Assembly: GCA_049975245.1 (NCBI GenBank)
Contig: JBNGDB010000009.1
Location: forward strand, 26,541 to 50,540
Direction of reading: 5' to 3'
DNA length: 24,000 nucleotides
Origin: Methanomicrobiales archaeon
GTDB lineage: Archaea > Methanobacteriota > Methanobacteria > Methanobacteriales > Methanobacteriaceae
Part shown: in pieces, positions 19,927 through 24,000 of the stretch
Layout of the letters: each line of letters opens with the position of its first letter
How positions within the stretch are numbered: the first letter of the stretch is position 1
Position numbers and translations under genes: made by a program
The notes under the pieces: generated by a model
Database searches by the model: none
What the model was told of the DNA's origin: nothing
Seen by the model: the letters and a program-made list of their open reading frames with translations, nothing else

Positions 19927-20325
19927 TTACTGGTCTGGAGGAGCTACAGCTTTATCTGGTGACATTCCAGGAGGTGCAGTTATAATGATGGTTCCTGTTT
20001 TAGGTCTAATAATAATCTCCCCCTCATCTATTACCCTAGTGTTAACTGCAATTGCATTATTTCGAATGTAACTGGACATGTCTTCACCGTTCACTATAAC
20101 CTCTTTAAGACCTGCTACTGGTATTAAATAGTATTCTAATGGTCCGCTACTTTCAGTTAATTCTGGTTTTCCACTAGAAGAATCAGCGGTTGATGCTGCT
20201 TGAAAACTACTGGTAACCATTAAAAATATTAGAACCGTGAAAAGTACATCAATAAAGGGAACTAAATTAAACTTTGGATTGCTGTCCCTCACCTTATTTC
20301 TGAACTTTCTTATATCCATGGTCAT
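19927..20325 (-). CDS. exbD: ExbD/TolR-family protein (proton-channel plug subunit)
   Basis: It has a single N-terminal TM with the conserved membrane Asp (NLVPFIDVLFTVLIFLMV, D26), then a periplasmic-type domain and a Pro-rich tail (TAPPGMSPDKAVAPPDQ). Confidence 0.8.
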   Translation of the reverse strand: MTMDIRKFRNKVRDSNPKFNLVPFIDVLFTVLIFLMVTSSFQAASTADSSSGKPELTESSGPLEYYLIPVAGLKEVIVNGEDMSSYIRNNAIAVNTRVIDEGEIIIRPKTGTIIITAPPGMSPDKAVAPPDQ

Positions 20326-20358
20326 TAAAATAACTCCAGAACTCTTTTAATGATAATA

Positions 20359-21195
20359 TTATTGTTTTAATTTACTTTCAATAATTTCAACTTCAGAATT
20401 ACATTTTTCCATAAGTATATTATGGATACTCTTTTCCAACATACTAGGTTTAAATGAAACCCAAATATTCGCTTCTTTATCAATAATCTGTTTTATATTT
20501 ACAATACCTTCTGCATCCCGAAGGGCACTTATAGAGCAGTCAACGTCCTTTACTCTTAATTTCATTTCAGCAGAACTCCAATTGGTCATCTTTTTGGCGA
20601 TTTCGATTTTATCCATTTCTTTATCTATTCTACCAGTTATGTAAGAATAAAATGGAAGTAAAACAATCGCAACAGAAAGACCGGCTATGGTGGTAATTAA
20701 TGCTATATAAATACCCTCTGCCAACGCGCTTGGACTTGCATTTACACCTAGAGCTTTAAAAGTAAACCACATACCAATAACTGTCCCTATTAAGCCCAAT
20801 AAAGGCGCGATCTCAATTATGGTCCTAAGAGTATCAAGGCCCTTGGTCATATTACCCATTTCAACAATAAAAACTCTTTCCATAGCGTCTTCAACTTCAG
20901 TTTTATTCCGATAACCAATCTTTAGGGCCTCGGAAATAATTTTTGAGATAGGATTTTTATACTTACCAATGGCCCTTAAAGCCTCCAAAGAACCTCCTTT
21001 CTCCATTGCTGTGTTAACTGTCCCTGTTATTTGGGGGAGACTTATTTTAGATATTTTGCGTAAATAATGAATTTTTTCAAAAGATGTTATAAAACCATAA
21101 ACACCGACTAATGTAATTATATAAGTGATTAGTCCTCCGCTTTTAAACATCTCTAAAATGGTTCCAAATGTACTATTAAGAAATTCTAATATCAT
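20359..21195 (-). CDS. exbB: MotA/TolQ/ExbB-family proton channel with an extra C-terminal domain of about 75 aa
   Basis: Three TM segments. The family-typical block is IAPLLGLIGTVIGMWFTF...LAEGIYIALITTIAGLSVAI. Residues ~205-278 follow the last TM and are not part of the canonical domain. Confidence 0.82.
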   Translation of the reverse strand: MILEFLNSTFGTILEMFKSGGLITYIITLVGVYGFITSFEKIHYLRKISKISLPQITGTVNTAMEKGGSLEALRAIGKYKNPISKIISEALKIGYRNKTEVEDAMERVFIVEMGNMTKGLDTLRTIIEIAPLLGLIGTVIGMWFTFKALGVNASPSALAEGIYIALITTIAGLSVAIVLLPFYSYITGRIDKEMDKIEIAKKMTNWSSAEMKLRVKDVDCSISALRDAEGIVNIKQIIDKEANIWVSFKPSMLEKSIHNILMEKCNSEVEIIESKLKQ

Positions 21196-21233
21196 TTAAC
21201 TCCTCTAAGATTTATTGGTAATTTAAATATAGA

Positions 21234-21301
21234 TCACTATCAGTCGTATCACTATGATTTTAATGTTATAGTTAATTAGTCACTATGAATTAATTGTTAT
21301 A
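21234..21301 (-). promoter_or_regulatory. Repeated CATAGTGA-containing elements in the exbB upstream region (candidate operator or activator sites)
   Basis: Two 22-nt units are 19/22 identical at a 31-bp period: 21249-21270 and 21280-21301, plus-strand tcactatga(t/a)tt(t/a)a(a/t)tgttata. A third tcactat core lies at 21234-21240. All sit between the rnhB stop and the TATA-like CTATATTTAAATTA, SD GAGGAG and ATG of exbB. Confidence 0.45.
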
Positions 21302-21333
21302 AATATACTAAGTTTATTTAGTGGAATAAAATA

Positions 21334-21960
21334 TTATTTATTGGATTTATCTTTAAGTTTCTGTGATGTGTTCCATGATTTTCTCACAAAATCAGGTAGG
21401 TTTTCAAACTTATATTTTTTTAGAAATGATTGAGTTTTAGGATCACTTGGATATCCGGAACCAACATCTTTAAATTTTTTCCTAATTTCGGCAATTTCAA
21501 GATCACGTTCAACTTTTGCTATAATTGAAGCTGCCCCCACAATTAAATATTTATCGTCAGCACCGTGTTCTGCAATAATTTCAATATCCTCATTTACTAT
21601 TTCTTTTATTTCATTTCTAAATCTTTCTGGATTTACATCAACTGAATCAATAATGGCAAGATCCGGTTGGAAATAGCTGATAATTTTTGTAATGGCTATT
21701 TTTTCAATTTCATTAAGATTCACATCTTTAGATCTGAGATTATCTATATCACTAGCTGAAATTGAAATAACATGATAATCGAAAATTTTTTTTATTTTTC
21801 GATGGAGAATAGTTCTCCTTTTAGGAGATAATTTTTTAGAATCCTTAATACCAAGTCTTTCCAAATTTTTTAATTTTTTCTCGTCAATACACACTCCGCA
21901 AACAACTAAGGGACCAATAACAGGGCCTCTGCCTGCTTCATCTATGCCAACTATTCTCAT
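21334..21960 (-). CDS. rnhB: Ribonuclease HII
   Basis: GIDEAGRGPVIGPLVVCGV active-site N-terminus, a GADDKYLIVGAASIIAKV block, and 208 aa. Confidence 0.92.
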   Translation of the reverse strand: MRIVGIDEAGRGPVIGPLVVCGVCIDEKKLKNLERLGIKDSKKLSPKRRTILHRKIKKIFDYHVISISASDIDNLRSKDVNLNEIEKIAITKIISYFQPDLAIIDSVDVNPERFRNEIKEIVNEDIEIIAEHGADDKYLIVGAASIIAKVERDLEIAEIRKKFKDVGSGYPSDPKTQSFLKKYKFENLPDFVRKSWNTSQKLKDKSNK

Positions 21961-21984
21961 TTATAGCCATCCGGCATTATATGT

Positions 21985-22023
21985 AAAATAAAAAAAGAAA
22001 GCCATTACTTATTTCATGGCTTT
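21985..22023 (-). terminator. Hairpin plus T7 tract at the end of mreB
   Basis: aaagccat (21998-22005) pairs with atggcttt (22016-22023) around a 10-nt loop that contains the mreB stop codon. On the minus strand the hairpin is followed by C-TTTTTTT-A-TTTT (21985-21997). Confidence 0.5.
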
Positions 22024-23082
22024 TAAACGTACTTCAGGCTCTAAAGCTCTTGGCTCAGCAGCAACTATTGCAGCTCCCTTAGCAACCACAGTCATAGGAT
22101 CTTGAGAGATTGTAACAGGAATTCCTACCTCTTCAAATATCCTTTCTTTAAGACCGTTAAGTTGTGAAGTTCCACCTACCACAACAGTCTGAGCATAAAC
22201 ACCAGATATAAGTTCTGGTGATAACCTTTCCAGTACATGAGATAATGCTTCAACAATTTTAACAATAATAGGTTCTGCAGCTTCTGCAACCATTTTTGAA
22301 TCGATTTCAACTTGTTTTGGTTTGTTGGTATTCATGCATTTTCCTATAACTGTAGTTTTATTAATTTCAAGGTCAGATTCAGAGTTTACCATACCCACTT
22401 CAATTTTAGCTTTTTCAGCTTCGTGAAGTCCGATTTCAACTTCATATTTTTCCTTAACTTTTTCAACAATATTGTCGTCTATGTCATCTCCACCCCATCT
22501 AATGGTTTCGATGTCTGTTATTCCACCTAAAGAAATTACTACAATATCACTTGAACCAGCACCAACATCTATTACCATAGTACCAGCTGCTTCAGCTATA
22601 GGTAATCCAGCGCCTATGGCTGCGGCAAGTCCCTCGCTTATGACCAACACATAGCTGGCTCCTGCCTTTCTACCTATTTCTTCTACTGCGTTTTTCTCAA
22701 CTTCTGAAGCATCTCCGGGTATTCCGATTACAATTCTTTCAATGGTGTCCATTGATTCACCAGCACCCTTCTCCAATGCATAAATAAGAAGAGCCTTAGC
22801 TTGAGCTATACTTTCAATAACACCTTTTCTTAAAGGTCTTACCGCCACAATATCTTCAGGGGTTCTACCTAGCATCAATTTAGCTTCATCACCAACAGCC
22901 AGTACATAGGAAGCATCATCCTTTTTTACAGCTACTACTGAAGGTATTTTGTATAAATCAAATTTATCACCAGATGGTTTAGCAACAACCGTATTTAAAG
23001 TTCCTAAATCAATTCCTAATGTATTAGTTAGCGGTTTTTTCTTAATTTCAGTTTCTTCTTCCTTTTTTCCAAAAGAAAACAT
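22009..23082 (-). CDS. mreB: MreB-type actin homologue
   Basis: The sequence is collinear with bacterial MreB blocks: LGIDLGTLNT, VGDEAKLMLGRTPEDIVAVRPLRKGVI, VIGIPGDASEVEKNAV, ISEGLAAAIGAGLPI, GTMVIDVGAGSSDIVVISLGG and GGDDID. SD GAGGAGG lies inside the last codons of the upstream gene. Confidence 0.88.
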   Translation of the reverse strand: MFSFGKKEEETEIKKKPLTNTLGIDLGTLNTVVAKPSGDKFDLYKIPSVVAVKKDDASYVLAVGDEAKLMLGRTPEDIVAVRPLRKGVIESIAQAKALLIYALEKGAGESMDTIERIVIGIPGDASEVEKNAVEEIGRKAGASYVLVISEGLAAAIGAGLPIAEAAGTMVIDVGAGSSDIVVISLGGITDIETIRWGGDDIDDNIVEKVKEKYEVEIGLHEAEKAKIEVGMVNSESDLEINKTTVIGKCMNTNKPKQVEIDSKMVAEAAEPIIVKIVEALSHVLERLSPELISGVYAQTVVVGGTSQLNGLKERIFEEVGIPVTISQDPMTVVAKGAAIVAAEPRALEPEVRLKAMK

Positions 23083-23083
23083 T

Positions 23084-23722
23084 TTATTCCTCCTCTAAAA
23101 TCTTTTTAAATTCTAATGCGAATATTTGGTTTGACTTCGCTATTTCTTTGATTTTCTCTACATTATCTTCACCAGTTGAAATAAGAAGTGTAGATAATAC
23201 TACGTCTGTCATCTTAAATAATGGATCAATAACATTTCGAACAATTTTAGGTAAGCGATTAGTCATATAAACATCAGTTTCTATGAATCCAGTAGTTTTG
23301 TCCTCTAAAATAAAAGAAAACTTTGTTCCTTGTTTTTCAATGTCTCCTGCAAATTTCTTAATGGAAGTATCAGGACCCACCAATAACATTAAATTTGGTT
23401 CATTTAAAACATAATAAGGAGCTATTTTAAGGTAAGCTCCCCCATTATCTTTACATATTAAGCTCAAATCTCTAATTTTATTTAAATCTCCAAATAAAAT
23501 TATAAAATCAAACTTTTTTGTAACAAATGATTCTTTTAAAGTTATATGTTCTCTAAACAATATTTGTACTCTTTCCTTTTCAGAAATTGCCTCATAAGCA
23601 ACATTATTAACCATGTCCTCGTTCCCAGCAATTACACACCATATTTTGTCTGTATCGTGCATAGTCGATACTTGTGCTGCTTTTCTGAGTACTTTAATTT
23701 TGCTTTCTATCATAAACAACAC
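23084..23722 (-). CDS. Soluble hypothetical protein translationally coupled to mreB
   Basis: About 210 aa with no TM segment and no motif I recognise. Its stop (23084-23086) is 1 nt from the mreB ATG. Start candidates are GTG 23722, TTG 23719 and ATG 23713; ATG 23713 is most plausible. Confidence 0.6.
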   Translation of the reverse strand: MLFMIESKIKVLRKAAQVSTMHDTDKIWCVIAGNEDMVNNVAYEAISEKERVQILFREHITLKESFVTKKFDFIILFGDLNKIRDLSLICKDNGGAYLKIAPYYVLNEPNLMLLVGPDTSIKKFAGDIEKQGTKFSFILEDKTTGFIETDVYMTNRLPKIVRNVIDPLFKMTDVVLSTLLISTGEDNVEKIKEIAKSNQIFALEFKKILEEE

Positions 23723-24000
23723 ATCTATAAATTTTATAATTAATATGAAATTACCATTTATTTGTAGTATTTAAGTTTCTTGATAAACATTGCATATAAA
23801 TATATATAAAAACTTCCATTGAAATTTTATCTACAATTATCTTATACTCGAAAATCTTTTCTATACTTTATAATTATGATAAAAGATAATTAAACCAATA
23901 AATTGTTTTAAAATTTCAATAAAAAGCATTTATATGTTAATTGGAATATTATTTTGTTTTAAAAGTTAATTTTAGTAGGTACATGTCTAAATAAAATCTT

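Noticed and set aside
19927-21195. Reading the MotA/ExbB-ExbD pair as a Zorya-like anti-phage module
   Set aside because: No ZorC/ZorD-type nuclease or helicase genes or other defence genes are adjacent. ExbB lacks the very long ZorA tail, and the surrounding genes are conserved housekeeping functions.
23723-24000. 278-bp AT-rich region at the right edge, possibly a divergent promoter, ncRNA or origin-like sequence
   Set aside because: I saw only generic TATA-like AT-rich sequence, with no ORB-like repeats, no long inverted repeats and no structured RNA. The window ends here, so the neighbouring gene cannot be seen.

Overview
The window is a visibly AT-rich archaeal chromosome segment. Gene content and order fit a hydrogenotrophic, pseudomurein-type methanogen (Methanobacteriales-like). 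Almost all of it is tightly packed core metabolism and information processing.

Plus-strand block (2104-11777): aIF-1A, Rio1 kinase and a KH/Dim2-like protein (a known archaeal ribosome-biogenesis trio), topoisomerase VI B and A, archaeal GAPDH, a small membrane protein, a HEAT-repeat protein, an endonuclease-IV-family protein and an AAA+ ATPase.

Minus-strand block (23722-11887): an unknown protein coupled to an MreB actin homologue, RNase HII, an ExbB/ExbD-like proton-channel pair, PurO, CofE, CofD, GTP cyclohydrolase III, a Dus/NifR3-like flavoprotein, MCR-activation component A2 (AtwA), a methanogenesis-marker-9-type Cys-rich protein, precorrin-2 dehydrogenase and HemA.

The left edge carries a partial cbiJ/cobK and a convergent moeA.

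I found no rRNA, tRNA, CRISPR array, transposase, integrase or recognisable defence genes, so this looks like core genome rather than an accessory island.

The parts most worth a second look:
- An uncharacterised Dus-like FMN TIM-barrel gene sits inside the F420/flavin operon.
- An ExbB/ExbD stator pair occurs in an organism without an outer membrane, and ExbB carries an extra C-terminal domain.
- The Cys-rich marker-9 protein is translationally coupled to atwA and has a UBA-like tail.
- A soluble unknown protein is translationally coupled to archaeal mreB.
- The N-terminal domain of the AAA+ ATPase is in an open frame but has no canonical start codon.
- Several short direct repeats lie in promoter and terminator regions.

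All functional calls come from motifs read by eye in the supplied translations. No database search was run.
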